A stretch of DNA of 64,000 nucleotides from an uncultured delta proteobacterium (GCA_963847445.1 CAWJZV010000015.1:64001-128000), one strand, 5' to 3'. Counted from the first letter of the stretch, positions 33,274 to 43,609 are shown. Notes: generated by a model from the letters alone, not told the origin. Program-made: numbers and translations.

Positions 33274-33358
33274 TGGAGTGATGGAGCATTGGAATGGTGG
33301 AGTGATGGGTGGAATCGGAAAACCCAACACTCCATAACTCCAACACTCCAGTACTCCA
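33274..33358. repeat. Inverted octamer arrays (TGGAGNNN)x4-TGGGT...ACCCA-(NNNCTCCA)x4
   Basis: Directly visible; starts 10 nt after the ALDH stop. Confidence 0.92.
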
Positions 33359-33367
33359 ATTCGTTCG

Positions 33368-34831
33368 TCAGATGTTGACGACGACCACGCCCTTGGGCTC
33401 GAGGTAATAGTCGAGCGCTTCGGGGCCATGCTCGCGGCCGACGCCGCTGGATTTCACGCCGCCGAAGGGCAGTTCGTCGTAGCCGTAGTGCAGTGAATTG
33501 ACCCACACGTTGCCGGCTTGGAGCTTGTCGATGGCTTTGTTGGCGTGCAGCAAGTTGCGCGTCCAGATCGATGAGCCGAGGCCAAACTCGGACGCGTTGG
33601 CTTTCTCCAGGGCTTCGTCGAGAGTCTTGAAGGTGTAGACTGGCAGCGCCGGACCGAAGACCTCTTCTTTGGTCAAGCGCGAGTCTTCCGGCACGTTGGT
33701 CATCAGGGTCGGCAGATAGTAAAAGCCGTTGTCGAACTCGGCGCCCTTGGGGCGCTCACCGCCGAAGAGCACCTTGCCGCCACGGGCTTTGGCGTCTTCG
33801 ACTTGCTCTTCGACTTCTTGGCGCTGGGCGCCGACATGGATCGGCCCCATGCGGGTTTCCTTGCTCATGCCGTTGCCGACGGTCTTCTTTTTCAAGATTT
33901 CCACCAGTGCGCCGATAAAATTGTCGGCGATGGATTCTTGCAGGAACAAACGCTTCACGCCCAAGCACATCTGGCCGCAGTTAAAATAGCGGCCGACATC
34001 GGCCATCTTCACCGCCAGGTCGACGTTGCTGTCTTCCATGACGATCATTGGATCGCTGCCGCCCAATTCCAGAGTCACACGCTTGATTTCGCGGCCGGCG
34101 ACTTCCATGACATGGCGGCCGATCGGCGTCGATCCGGTAAAGGCGATGCGACGCACGCGCGGATTGCGCAGGAGTTCTTCGCCGACGCTGCCGCCGGGGC
34201 CGGTGACAATATTCACCGTGCCTTTGGGCAATGGTTTTTGCGCTTTGCCTTCGCCGAAGGTCGCCTGGGCGATGAGTTCGATGACTTTGATCGTCGCCAA
34301 CGGCGTGGTGCTGGCCGGCTTGATGATGATCGTGTTGCCGGCGGCCAACGCTGGACCCAACTTGGTGCCCATTAAAGTCAGCGGGAAATTCCATGGCACG
34401 ATGCCGCCGCACACGCCGATCGGTTGGCGCACGACCATGCCGTAGGCGTTTTTCTGCGGCAGCGGCACATGGGAGCCGCGCACTTTGGAGGCGAGGCCGG
34501 CGTAGAATTCCAGCCCATGCACGAGATGATGAATCTCCAAACCCGCTTCGAACAGCGTCTTGCCCTGTTCTTGGGTGAGCAGTTGGGCGATCTCCGCGGT
34601 ATTTTTCTTGATCAGCTCGCCGGCGTTCATCAGCGCGTTGCCGCGATCTTCGGGCGAAACGTCGGACCAGACCTTAAAAGCGTCTTCGGCCGCGGAGATC
34701 GCTTGTTGGACGTCCTTGTCGTTGCCCTGCGGCACGGTGTCGACCGTCGCGCCGGTGGCGGGATTGCGCACTTCGCTAGTGTTCTTGGTTACTGAATCGA
34801 CGGACTCGCCGCCGATGAACATCTTGGCCAT
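33368..34831 (-). CDS. Aldehyde dehydrogenase
   Basis: PWNFP, FTGST, LELGG, GQMC, EEVFGP, PFGGVKSSG. Confidence 0.96.
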   Translation of the reverse strand: MAKMFIGGESVDSVTKNTSEVRNPATGATVDTVPQGNDKDVQQAISAAEDAFKVWSDVSPEDRGNALMNAGELIKKNTAEIAQLLTQEQGKTLFEAGLEIHHLVHGLEFYAGLASKVRGSHVPLPQKNAYGMVVRQPIGVCGGIVPWNFPLTLMGTKLGPALAAGNTIIIKPASTTPLATIKVIELIAQATFGEGKAQKPLPKGTVNIVTGPGGSVGEELLRNPRVRRIAFTGSTPIGRHVMEVAGREIKRVTLELGGSDPMIVMEDSNVDLAVKMADVGRYFNCGQMCLGVKRLFLQESIADNFIGALVEILKKKTVGNGMSKETRMGPIHVGAQRQEVEEQVEDAKARGGKVLFGGERPKGAEFDNGFYYLPTLMTNVPEDSRLTKEEVFGPALPVYTFKTLDEALEKANASEFGLGSSIWTRNLLHANKAIDKLQAGNVWVNSLHYGYDELPFGGVKSSGVGREHGPEALDYYLEPKGVVVVNI

Positions 34832-34851
34832 TAGTTAACCTCCATGGAAAA

Positions 34852-34950
34852 AGTAAATTAGTGAGTTAGCGAATAAGTGAATAGGAAGAAAAGTGCGTCT
34901 AGCGATGAAAGTTTTAGCCTATTCACTAACTTACTTATCCCTGAATTGCA
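34852..34950. repeat. Inverted AT-rich octamer arrays
   Basis: agtaaatt agtgagtt agcgaata agtgaata gg ... cc tattcact aacttact tatccctg. Confidence 0.75.
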
Positions 34951-34958
34951 CTTGGCTA

Positions 34959-35744
34959 TTACTTTGCCTGTGAATTTTGCCGTGCGTCTTTTCCAGATAG
35001 GCTTTGACGCCTTCCTGGCCGTCTTCGCTGCCGAAGGTCTGCGCCAGGAGCTCGCGCTCGAAGGCCAAGCCGTCGGGCAGGGACAGTTCGAGGCCGGTGG
35101 TGATGGCGCGTTTCACTTTGCCCACCGCCAAACTGCTCTTGTTGGGCACGACGAACTGTTTGGCGTAGTCCATGACTTGATCCAGGAAACCCTCTTTCTC
35201 GTAGATGTAGTGGACCAAGCCCATTTCGAGGGCTTCTTCGAAGGCGATGGTTTTGCCGGTGAAGCAGAGCTCCATGGCGCGGGCTTTGCCGACCAAGCGC
35301 GGTAGGCGCTGGGTGCCGCCCATGCCGGGCATGACGCCCAGATTGATTTCCGCCAAGCCGATCGCGGCCGCCTTCCTTCTTGGCGATGCGGATGTCGCAG
35401 GCCATGGCGATTTCCAAGCCGCCGCCGACGGCGTGGCCGTTGATCGCCGCAATGATGATCTTCGGGGTGTTTTCCAGGCGCATGAGCACTTCGTGGCCGT
35501 GCAGCGCGAAGTTGTTTTTGAAACCGAGCGACTTGCTCGAGAGCATGTTGATGTCGGCGCCGGCGGAGAAAAACTTTTCGACCTTGCCGGTGATGACGAT
35601 GGCGTGGACATCGTCGTTGAAGCGGGCGTCGAGAATCGCCGCGTCCAATTCTTTGAGTAGTTCCGTAGTGTAGCTGTTGACCGGCGGGCGGTTGATTTCC
35701 AACACCGCGATGCCGTTTTCAATGCGCGAATCGATCATGGCCAT
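34959..35744 (-). CDS. Enoyl-CoA hydratase/isomerase, frameshifted
   Basis: FSAGADI, AAINGHAVGGGLEIAMACDIR, GLAEINLGVMPGMGGTQRLPRLVG. Confidence 0.93.
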   Translation of the reverse strand: MAMIDSRIENGIAVLEINRPPVNSYTTELLKELDAAILDARFNDDVHAIVITGKVEKFFSAGADINMLSSKSLGFKNNFALHGHEVLMRLENTPKIIIAAINGHAVGGGLEIAMACDIRIAKKEGGRDRLGGNQSGRHARHGRHPAPTALGRQSPRHGALLHRQNHRLRRSPRNGLGPLHLRERGFPGSSHGLRQTVRRAQQEQFGGGQSETRHHHRPRTVPARRLGLRARAPGADLRQRRRPGRRQSLSGKDARQNSQAK

Positions 35745-35887
35745 AACTGCCTCCTCATGCAAAATCAACTCAATGAATTAGCTGGCATGACCTCGTAAGT
35801 CAAGGCGCTTGGGCGATCACTAAGCGGTTGGAAAGTGCGCACAACTGTGACATCAGTAAGCGAAATCGGCCGAGGAAGGAATGACCT

Positions 35888-37087
35888 TTGGCGAAAAAAG
35901 ATTTACATGACGAGCGGCTGGAAAAAGGGCTTGCGGCGCTGCGATCGGCGGGGATTGCCGCAAGGATAGCCATAGACGCGCCCACGTCGGCGAGCGTTGC
36001 GCAGCTCAAGAGCGCCATCGGTCAATCGGCGGAAACGGATATTGCAGCGATATTCATGCTCGGCAAGATTGCCGCGCATGAATCGCTACATTTGATTCGC
36101 GAGATCGAAATCAGCGCCACCGACAAGGATGTAAAGAAAGAAATCAAACGCGCGCTCTTCAAGCTCAGTCAAAAGGGTATTGTCGCAGCCCAGGAGCCGC
36201 CGGCCGAGAAAAAGCCCGCGCCGCTGTTCGAGCGAGAATACGAGATCGAGGCCTATATGTCCGCCGTCGATGGCGGCGGCGGCAGGTTGGTTTGGATCGC
36301 CAAGCCGCAGCCCAATCGCGGTTTGCAGGTGATCCAGGCGATGTTGCATGACCGCGACGGGCTCTTGCGTTTTGGCGGTGTGCAGATGAAGCGCAAGGAG
36401 TTGCGCGCCATGGCCGACGAGATCAAGCAGCAGCATGGCGTCAGCATGATCGCGGTGCCGTGGGAGTTCGCCGACCGGATCGTTTACGAAGGTTATGAAA
36501 GGGCCAAGGCGCGCGGCCAGAGCGGCCAAAGCGACCTCAATGACTTTCACGCGATTCGCTCGGTCATCGGCACGGGGAAGCCGAAAGCCGTGACGCATCC
36601 GGTTTACCAAAAACTTGGCACTGAGGATTTTCGTGACGGTTCGTGGCGCGAACAGTCGCGCCGTTTGCTCGAAGAACCGGAGCTGCGCTACTGGGTGATC
36701 GTCGACGAATGGGTGCAGGACTGCCTGGCGGCGTTGCATGAAGCGCAGTCGAGCCCGCTGGTGTTGAACCCAGTGCAAAAGGAAGAACGGCTCGCCAGCG
36801 TCGTGCGCGACGCGGTCAAGACGCTTTGCGCCGGCGACAACGGCCAAGCGTTCAAGCGGCGCATGGAAGACATGGCGCTCTATTTCGCCGAGACAGGTCG
36901 CCTGGAGCAGGCCAAAGTTTCACTCGCGGTGGCACAGCAAGTCGGCGAAGGCGATCCCGGGCCGTTGGATATTTCATTTCTCACCGGGCTGATGCAAAAG
37001 AGTTTCGTCTTTCTCATGTCGCAGATGAAAGCGCAGCACGAAGCCCAGCAGAAAGCGGAGCAATCGTCGCTGATCATCAAGCCGTAG
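35888..37087 (+). CDS. Hypothetical protein with HEAT-like N-terminal helices
   Basis: 399-aa intact ORF after AGGAAGG; KDVKKEIKRALFKL. Confidence 0.75.
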   Translation: MAKKDLHDERLEKGLAALRSAGIAARIAIDAPTSASVAQLKSAIGQSAETDIAAIFMLGKIAAHESLHLIREIEISATDKDVKKEIKRALFKLSQKGIVAAQEPPAEKKPAPLFEREYEIEAYMSAVDGGGGRLVWIAKPQPNRGLQVIQAMLHDRDGLLRFGGVQMKRKELRAMADEIKQQHGVSMIAVPWEFADRIVYEGYERAKARGQSGQSDLNDFHAIRSVIGTGKPKAVTHPVYQKLGTEDFRDGSWREQSRRLLEEPELRYWVIVDEWVQDCLAALHEAQSSPLVLNPVQKEERLASVVRDAVKTLCAGDNGQAFKRRMEDMALYFAETGRLEQAKVSLAVAQQVGEGDPGPLDISFLTGLMQKSFVFLMSQMKAQHEAQQKAEQSSLIIKP

Positions 37088-37416
37088 GACGACCTGATCT
37101 TATAGAATAGCAAGGGAATCCTAAGATTCGGTTTTAGGAATATCCGCCTTCGAGCCGTTGCCAACAAGTTTGCCTGATTGTCGCCAAGAAAAAATTGCCC
37201 TACGAGTCGGTGCTAACTTAGCCCCAAGAAATTCAGCTGACTGTCATAACCTACACTATCTTTCTGTTTGCTTAGGGACCTTTTTGATCGACAAGGTTCC
37301 ACTTTGTACCTAATCCCTCGGCGTTAGCGGAACACATTTCTCGTGCAAGTTCTCGGGAAGTTCATTTCTTCGTTTTTGCTACCTTGGTGTCGCGGAGAGT
37401 TTTTAATCTGCTTTTC

Positions 37417-37431
37417 TGGCACGGGGTTTGC
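37417..37431 (+). promoter_or_regulatory. Sigma54 (-24/-12) promoter
   Basis: TGGCAC-GGGGT-TTGC, an exact TGGCAC-N5-TTGC match, 36 nt before ATG 37468. Confidence 0.75.
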
Positions 37432-37467
37432 GCTTAACTGCTGCAAATCTATCATCGAGGAGGTTTA

Positions 37468-38157
37468 ATGAAATCTAAGTTTTTAGCAGCGACACTAGCA
37501 GCAGCATTGGCAGCACCGTTGGCCATTGCATCCCAAGGTGCCGCATCGGGTAAGGGGAATGGCAAGTCGAGTCGAGACGGCGGGTCCTCGACCAAACTTT
37601 ATGCGAAGTTTGTTGCACCGGTGCCGCCTATAGTTCTCCCGGATGAATTTAAGAGCCGGGTGAAATATCAAAAGAAGTCGAACAGTAAAGGGACCGAGGA
37701 GGAGATCGAGGCGAAGGTTCTCTTTGCCGTGCCAGCGGCTACCGCGTTGGATCCATTAGTCGATACCACGGGTTTTCTGGTAAGGATATTGACTGCCGGG
37801 GTGGAAAAGGGCAGCTGCGTGCTGCTTGCCAAGGCCATCGAACTTGAATATTTGGCGGGTGTTTTGAGCGAGTTCGATGTCAGATACGCCGCCAAGGTAC
37901 AAGAAAAAACTCCGATTGCCGGTCCGCCGTCGACGATTAAGAACCGAGTCGGCGATTGTTGGGTGACGACAGCCGTTGCCCCTGCGCTGCCGGGGAGAGG
38001 TGTGCCGGATGTCGCGCTTGGCGATACCGTAGAACTGTCCTCGATAACGCTGCCCGTGTTGCCTCTAGCCGCCGCGCCTGCTCCTGGCACGCTGCTTCTC
38101 TCGGGGGTATTCGGCACGGGTCATGACCATGGTGATGACGAAGACGACGAGGATTAA
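37468..38157 (+). CDS. Secreted hypothetical protein with His/Asp-rich tail
   Basis: GAGGAGG RBS, signal peptide, C-terminal GHDHGDDEDDED. Confidence 0.8.
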   Translation: MKSKFLAATLAAALAAPLAIASQGAASGKGNGKSSRDGGSSTKLYAKFVAPVPPIVLPDEFKSRVKYQKKSNSKGTEEEIEAKVLFAVPAATALDPLVDTTGFLVRILTAGVEKGSCVLLAKAIELEYLAGVLSEFDVRYAAKVQEKTPIAGPPSTIKNRVGDCWVTTAVAPALPGRGVPDVALGDTVELSSITLPVLPLAAAPAPGTLLLSGVFGTGHDHGDDEDDED

Positions 38158-38184
38158 CCCGCGACCTTTGTGAATTAGTTCACC

Positions 38185-38220
38185 GCCGGGGTGCGTTTAA
38201 AAGCGCACCCCGGCTTTTTT
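38185..38220 (+). terminator. Rho-independent terminator
   Basis: GCCGGGGTGCG-loop-CGCACCCCGGC-TTTTTT. Confidence 0.88.
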
Positions 38221-38471
38221 ATGCTCAGCCGGGCTTGCGCGCTAGAAATTATCCGCGTTTACGTGCATGGGAGAGTTCTGGGCGCGCATGAGTCTGAACT
38301 TCGCCAACCATTATCGGCACAGGATCTTACCCAGGATTATACTCGGCGGCAAGTGCTCGCCACCGCTATGAGCGATTGATGTTTAACGGGGATCTAGGCA
38401 GGTCTGGGCCAGGTCATGCGAAAAATGCTGTGGGACAACGCGACGTGATGTTTCGGAGAGCCGTATTGAAG

Positions 38472-38502
38472 CAGGACCGGGCTGCTTTCAAGCCCGGTCC
38501 TG
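38472..38502. repeat. Perfect 12-bp hairpin after the M20 gene (terminator or REP-like)
   Basis: CAGGACCGGGCT-n7-AGCCCGGTCCTG. Confidence 0.6.
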
Positions 38503-38517
38503 ATCATCGTTCTTGCG

Positions 38518-39801
38518 TCAGCTTCTCACTCGCGTGCAGATATCCAACGCGATCAGCGCGTAAAGTTTGGCCGCATTGACCATCGCGTCGATTTCTATTT
38601 CTTCATTGCGCGGGCCGATGCGCCGGCCGCGCGGGCCGATCTTGATCGCGGGAATTCCTAATTCGTTGTAAACGTTGGTGTCGGTCCAGATGCTGGCGCG
38701 GTCGGCGGCTTCGTGTTTGATCTTTTCTTTGAATAGATGCTGATAAACTTCCTCGGCGGATTGCACCAGCGGCTCGACCTGTTTGCCTTCGTGGCCGAGC
38801 AGCGACTTGTAGATGTCCAACTGGTAATCGAGTCCGGTTGCGTTCAGAGTTTTTTCTAATTCGTATTGGATCTGCACGGGGCGGACTTGCGGCGGCATGC
38901 GGATGTCGACGTAGATGGCGCAGACGCCGGGGAAATAGTTGGGCCGATAGGGCGCGCCGCCTTCGATGCCGCCGATGTTCACTTTCGGATAGAGCGGGCC
39001 GGTGGGGGATTGATAGATATATTTGGCTTCGAACTCGGCGCCCCATTTTTCGATGGCGTCGATGATCTTGGTCATTTTGACGATCGCATTCATCTTTACC
39101 ATCGGATGGGTTTCACGGTTGGTGCCCCAGGCGGCTTCGGCTTTGCCGGTGGTCTGTATCTTCACTTGCACGACGCCGTTCTGAGTCCAGACGATGTTCA
39201 TGTCCGAACCGTCGCAACAGATGGCGTAGTCAGAGTGCATGCCGTGGGTGAGCAGATGACGGGTGCCGGCGCCTTCGCCGCGGTACTCTTTGGTCTGCCA
39301 GGGGCCGACGGGGGTGCGCGAGATCTCGCCGACGACGGCGGCCAGGATGACATCGCCCTTCAGCTTCACGCGCTTTTGTGGAGTGCCTTGCCGGCCATCA
39401 TGAAGGCGGCGACGCCGCCTTTCATGTTGGAAATGCCCAGGCCTTGGACTTTGTTGCCGACGATTTTGCCGGCGAGTTCCGACTGCGGTTCCATGACCGC
39501 GACCATGCGGCGGTCTTCCTCGGTGCCGGTGAAGCTGGTGTCGGTGTGGCCGTTGAATCCCAGGCTCAAGCCGGTGCCGTCACCTTTAACGATGCCGACG
39601 GCGTTGGGCCGATCGTATTCGACATCCTGGCGCACGGCGCGCAGGCCGTTGGCTTCGAACCAAGTCAAAATAAATTCGCCGATGGCTTTTTCCTGTCCGG
39701 TGGGACTGGGAATGCTGGTGAGATCGGCGCCAAGTTGGGCCAGTTCGTCGCGGTCGATTTGTGACAAAACTTTTTGTGCTGCTGCGAGTATCGAGAGCCA
39801 T
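38518..39801 (-). CDS. M20 family peptidase/deacylase (ArgE/DapE-like), frameshifted
   Basis: IPSPTGQE, FNGHTDT, GLGISNMKGG, VVGE, LGIPAIKIGP. Confidence 0.88.
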
Positions 39802-39911
39802 CGGCTTCCTCCAAAAGTAATCGTTTGTAACTAACCAAGGGGACTGGCTAAGTCAATCTGACGGTGCCGATGGTAATGGTTTGATTCTGGCTTGGGTGCT
39901 GGGAAAGGGAA

Positions 39912-39978
39912 AGATTTCTCGCTCCGCTCGAAATGACAGAATTGCCGCACCGTCATCCCGAATGAAGCTGGGGGATCT
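39912..39978. repeat. Inverted pair of GTCAT...GATCT palindromic repeats
   Basis: agatttctcgctccgctcgaaatgaca (near-identical to 17815-17841) and gtcatcccgaatgaagctgggggatct. Confidence 0.75.
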
Positions 39979-40118
39979 CGCCAAACCTAAGCCCCTGGGC
40001 GTGAATTGCTACTCGCTTGAAATCTTCGGCTGGGCTCTTTACAGTCAAATCGCTTCACTCGCTGCCCCAAATGGCCGTCCTGTCAAAAGAAAAATTTCAC
40101 GCAGCATTAAGGAAATCG

Positions 40119-40619
40119 ATGGACACATCGTCGCTCTTGATGGTCGCCGCGGCAGTAATCGCGGTGATCGCCGTCTATGTCAAATCTCCCAAGGCCGCCG
40201 AGTCCGGTGTCGGCGCCGGGCTCTCGTTGCTCATCGAGATCGCGCCGCGCATGATCGCGGCATTTACTTTGGCCGGCCTGGTGCAGGCGGTGGTGCCGCA
40301 GGAAACCATTGTGCGCTGGATGGGGCAGGGTTCCGGTTATCGTGGACTTGATGATCGGCATGACCTTGGGCAGCGTCACCCCGGGCGGGCCGATGACCCA
40401 TTTCCCGGTGATCGCCTCGCTCTACAAAGTCGGCGTCGGCGTCGGACCCTTGGTGGCGTACCTGACGGCTTGGTCGCTTTCGGCTTGCAACGCATTATCA
40501 TGTGGGAGCTGCCGTTTCTTGGCGCGAAAGTGGTGGCGATTCGTGTGGCGGTGAGTTTGTTCTTTCCCTTCTTCGCCGGCTGGCTCTGCGAATTGATTTG
40601 GGACAAATTGAACGTCTAA
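40119..40619 (+). CDS. Putative permease (DUF318-like), two compensating frameshifts
   Basis: AGLVQAVVPQE...WMG, GSVTPGGP, YLTAWSL. Confidence 0.75.
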   Translation: MDTSSLLMVAAAVIAVIAVYVKSPKAAESGVGAGLSLLIEIAPRMIAAFTLAGLVQAVVPQETIVRWMGQGSGYRGLDDRHDLGQRHPGRADDPFPGDRLALQSRRRRRTLGGVPDGLVAFGLQRIIMWELPFLGAKVVAIRVAVSLFFPFFAGWLCELIWDKLNV

Positions 40620-41903
40620 GTGAGCATGAACCGGCGTAGGTTTCTCAAAGTCATGGGCGGGGCCGGGCTCGCCATGCCTGGGCTGATCGGCGTGTCGAGT
40701 TGCAGCCGGCAACTCTTCAATCCCGATGCGGGAACCGGCTTGTCGCTAGGCTACGTCAGCGGCGATGTCAGTGCCGACAGCGCGCTGGTGTGGCTCCGGG
40801 CGGACGCGGGTAGTCGCGTGGTTCTCGATTACGGCAAGGAGCCGGGTCTGGCGCAGTTTCAAACCACTCAAGCGCGCGCTGTCGACGCCGCCGCGGATCA
40901 CTGCGCGATTTTTTCTCTGGATGGTTTGGACCCGGCGACAAGGTATTACTACCGGGCGATGGCCGAAGGCCGGACGGCGGGGCCGGTGGCGAGCTTCGTC
41001 ACGGCGCCACGCGCGGATGACGATGCCAAGGTAACGTTCTGCTTTAGCGGCGACACGCGCCAGGGTTACAAGCCGTTTACGGTGATGCATGCGGTGCGCG
41101 CCCAGCGGCCGGACTTCTTTCTCCATTTGGGCGATACGATCTACGCCGACCGCAACGGGACAGCCCATACATTGCCCGAGTTCTGGGACAAGTACCGGAT
41201 CAACCGCGACGATGCCGCGGCACAGCGCTGCTTCGCCGAGACCAGCGTTTACGTGATGTGGGACGATCATGAAGTCGAAGACAATTATCTGCCGGGCCAT
41301 CCGTTGGCGCCCATCGGCAGACAAGCCTTTCTCGACTACTGGCCGGTGCGCCGACCGGCCTCCGAACCGGAGCGGATTTATCGCGCGGTGCGCTGGGGGC
41401 GGGCGGTGGACTTGCTTGTCCTCGATACCAGGCAATACCGCGCTTTCGATCGCAGCACCATGCTGGGGCGCCGGCAGAAGGACTGGTTTTTCGATCGTCT
41501 GGGTAACTCCAGCGCGACGTTTAAGTTTGTCGCGACCACCGTGCCCATGGCCGGCGGCGGTCAGGACCGCTGGGATGGCTATCCCAAGGAACGGGCCGAG
41601 ATCCTGCGCTACATTCAACAAAAGAAAATTCCCGGCGTGGTGTTCATGAGCGCCGATATGCACTACGCGGCGGTGACCAAGATTCCCAAAGGCAATGGGC
41701 TGATCGACATTACCGCCGGGCCGTTGGCCGCGCAGCTCAACCGGGTCACCAACAGCGCCAATCGCCGCTATGAATTCTTCCTCGCGGAAAATTTCAACTT
41801 CGCCAAAATCACCGTCGACCCCAAAGTGAATGCCAACGTGGCGCTGCTTGAGTTCATCGATCAAGATAATCGGGTGTTTTACACGCGGAAGATTCGCGCC
41901 TGA
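40620..41903 (+). CDS. phoD: PhoD-family alkaline phosphatase, Tat lipoprotein
   Basis: NRRRFLK Tat motif, SGDV, HLGDTIYAD, WDDHE, LDTRQYR, DRWDGY. Confidence 0.88.
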   Translation: MSMNRRRFLKVMGGAGLAMPGLIGVSSCSRQLFNPDAGTGLSLGYVSGDVSADSALVWLRADAGSRVVLDYGKEPGLAQFQTTQARAVDAAADHCAIFSLDGLDPATRYYYRAMAEGRTAGPVASFVTAPRADDDAKVTFCFSGDTRQGYKPFTVMHAVRAQRPDFFLHLGDTIYADRNGTAHTLPEFWDKYRINRDDAAAQRCFAETSVYVMWDDHEVEDNYLPGHPLAPIGRQAFLDYWPVRRPASEPERIYRAVRWGRAVDLLVLDTRQYRAFDRSTMLGRRQKDWFFDRLGNSSATFKFVATTVPMAGGGQDRWDGYPKERAEILRYIQQKKIPGVVFMSADMHYAAVTKIPKGNGLIDITAGPLAAQLNRVTNSANRRYEFFLAENFNFAKITVDPKVNANVALLEFIDQDNRVFYTRKIRA

Positions 41904-41955
41904 GTGAATGACTCTGCGTCAAGAATTCACGCGAGTTTGCTGTAGACCGGCTTGG

Positions 41956-42200
41956 CGTCATTGCGAACCCAGTGCGGAATTTTGTCCGACGGAAGCGACT
42001 GTGTGACGAGACGAAATCCTTCACTTCGTTCTAGGATGACACAACTGCTGCGTCATGCCGGTGAAGACGGGCACCATCTTCGCCTTTGGTTCAGCCGCAA
42101 AACGCCTGGATTCCCGCGTCGCGGGAATGACGGAAATCGAGGAGTTGACGATTGCCAGCGTCGGTAACCGGATTTAGGATTACGCTACGCTAACCCAACC
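41956..42200. repeat. Cluster of small palindromic repeats
   Basis: aaatccttcacttcgttctaggatgaca; cgtcatgccgg; ggattcccgcgtcgcgggaatgacg; ggattacgctacgctaacccaacc. Confidence 0.7.
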
Positions 42201-42213
42201 GCGGATTCTGATT

Positions 42214-43194
42214 TCATTTGCCGCGTTTGCGGCGATGATTCAGCGCCTCCGGATTGAGCGCACGGGTGAGTTTGCCTGCCATGTAGTCGAGGATGTTGGT
42301 CACGGCGTTTTCGGCGAAGCCTTCAAAGCCGGAGTCGGTGGGCCAGCCCAGGTGGGGCGTCAGGACGACGTTGTCCAGTTGGGTAATCGGATGATTCTTC
42401 GGTAGCGGCTCTTCGACGAAAACATCGAGGGCAGCGCCGGCGATGGCTTTCTCCTGCAAGATTTTTACCAGCGCCAACTCGTCGACAATCGCGCCGCGCG
42501 CCGTGTTGACGAGGTAGGCCGTCTTCTTCATCAAGCGCAGCCGAGTGTCGTTCAAGAGGTTCTTGCTGTCCTCGGATAGCTTCAAGTGTACGCTGACGAC
42601 ATCAGCGCTGCGCAGGACATCTTCAAGCGGCATAAAAGTGGCTGAGGATTTCGCGGCGCGTTCTTGGCTCAAGGTCGGTCCCCAGGCGATCACTTTCATG
42701 CCGAAGGCTCGGGCGATGGCCGCGACTTCGGTGCCGATCTTACCGAGGCCCAAAATTCCCAGGGTTTTGCCTTTCAAGACATAGCCCAGCATCAACGGCC
42801 ACTGGCCGCGACGCATGGCTTGGTCGCTCTGGGAAATGCGCCGCATGACATCGAGCATCAAGCCGAAAGTAAGTTCGGTGGTGCTGTTGCCGCCGGGAGC
42901 GAGGCTGACGACGACGCCGTGCGCCGTCGCCGCCTCCATATCGATGTGGTAGGCGTGATTGCCGGTCTGCGCGATATATTCCAGCGCCGGTAATTTGTGA
43001 AACAAGGCTGCGGTGAATTTGGTGCGCTCGCGGATCGGAATCACCGCTTGGGAATCCTTGAGCGCGTCGACGACCGCCGCTTCGTCGGCAAGCTTTTCAT
43101 GGATGATCTGCACGTCAACATTTTGCCGCAGCCGGGCGATGGCTTGGGTCGGCGAGATGGCGTGCTGATAATCGTCGAGGACGGTGACTTTCAT
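42214..43194 (-). CDS. D-2-hydroxyacid dehydrogenase family
   Basis: LDDYQ, GLGKIG, VNTARG, AALDVF, TPHLG. Confidence 0.93.
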   Translation of the reverse strand: MKVTVLDDYQHAISPTQAIARLRQNVDVQIIHEKLADEAAVVDALKDSQAVIPIRERTKFTAALFHKLPALEYIAQTGNHAYHIDMEAATAHGVVVSLAPGGNSTTELTFGLMLDVMRRISQSDQAMRRGQWPLMLGYVLKGKTLGILGLGKIGTEVAAIARAFGMKVIAWGPTLSQERAAKSSATFMPLEDVLRSADVVSVHLKLSEDSKNLLNDTRLRLMKKTAYLVNTARGAIVDELALVKILQEKAIAGAALDVFVEEPLPKNHPITQLDNVVLTPHLGWPTDSGFEGFAENAVTNILDYMAGKLTRALNPEALNHRRKRGK

Positions 43195-43196
43195 TC

Positions 43197-43586
43197 TTAG
43201 ATTACCGCGATGCCGGCGATTTCGATCAAGTAGTCGGGATGGGCTAGGCCCTTGACGATCACCAACGTGCTGGTCGGGGATTTTTTCTTATACTGTTTCA
43301 TGCGCACTTCGTTGTAGCCGGGGCGATACTTGCGGTCGACGATGTAGGTGGTCGACATGACCAAGTTGTCGATGGAGCCGCCGGCTGCTTTGAGCACGGC
43401 GTTGATGTTGGCATAGACCTGCTCGGTCTGCTTTTTAATATTGCCCTTGCCGACGACGTTGCCATTTTGGTCCGAGGCCGTTTGGCCGGAGATGAATAGG
43501 AGCTTGCCGCCCTTGGTCTGGATCGCCTGGGTGTAACGCGGCCGGGGATCGCTGAGCGTTTTGGGTTGAATATCTTTGCGTGCCAT
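43197..43586 (-). CDS. RidA/YjgF family protein
   Basis: LFISGQ, PTSTLVIVKGLAHPDYLIEI. Confidence 0.9.
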   Translation of the reverse strand: MARKDIQPKTLSDPRPRYTQAIQTKGGKLLFISGQTASDQNGNVVGKGNIKKQTEQVYANINAVLKAAGGSIDNLVMSTTYIVDRKYRPGYNEVRMKQYKKKSPTSTLVIVKGLAHPDYLIEIAGIAVI

Positions 43587-43609
43587 GGGAACTCCTTTCG
43601 GGGTTAGGT

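Noticed and set aside
40746-41864. Long antisense ORFs (also 61847-62914, 4650-5609, 24801-25685)
   Set aside because: Shadow ORFs opposite well-supported genes, as expected from high-GC codon bias.
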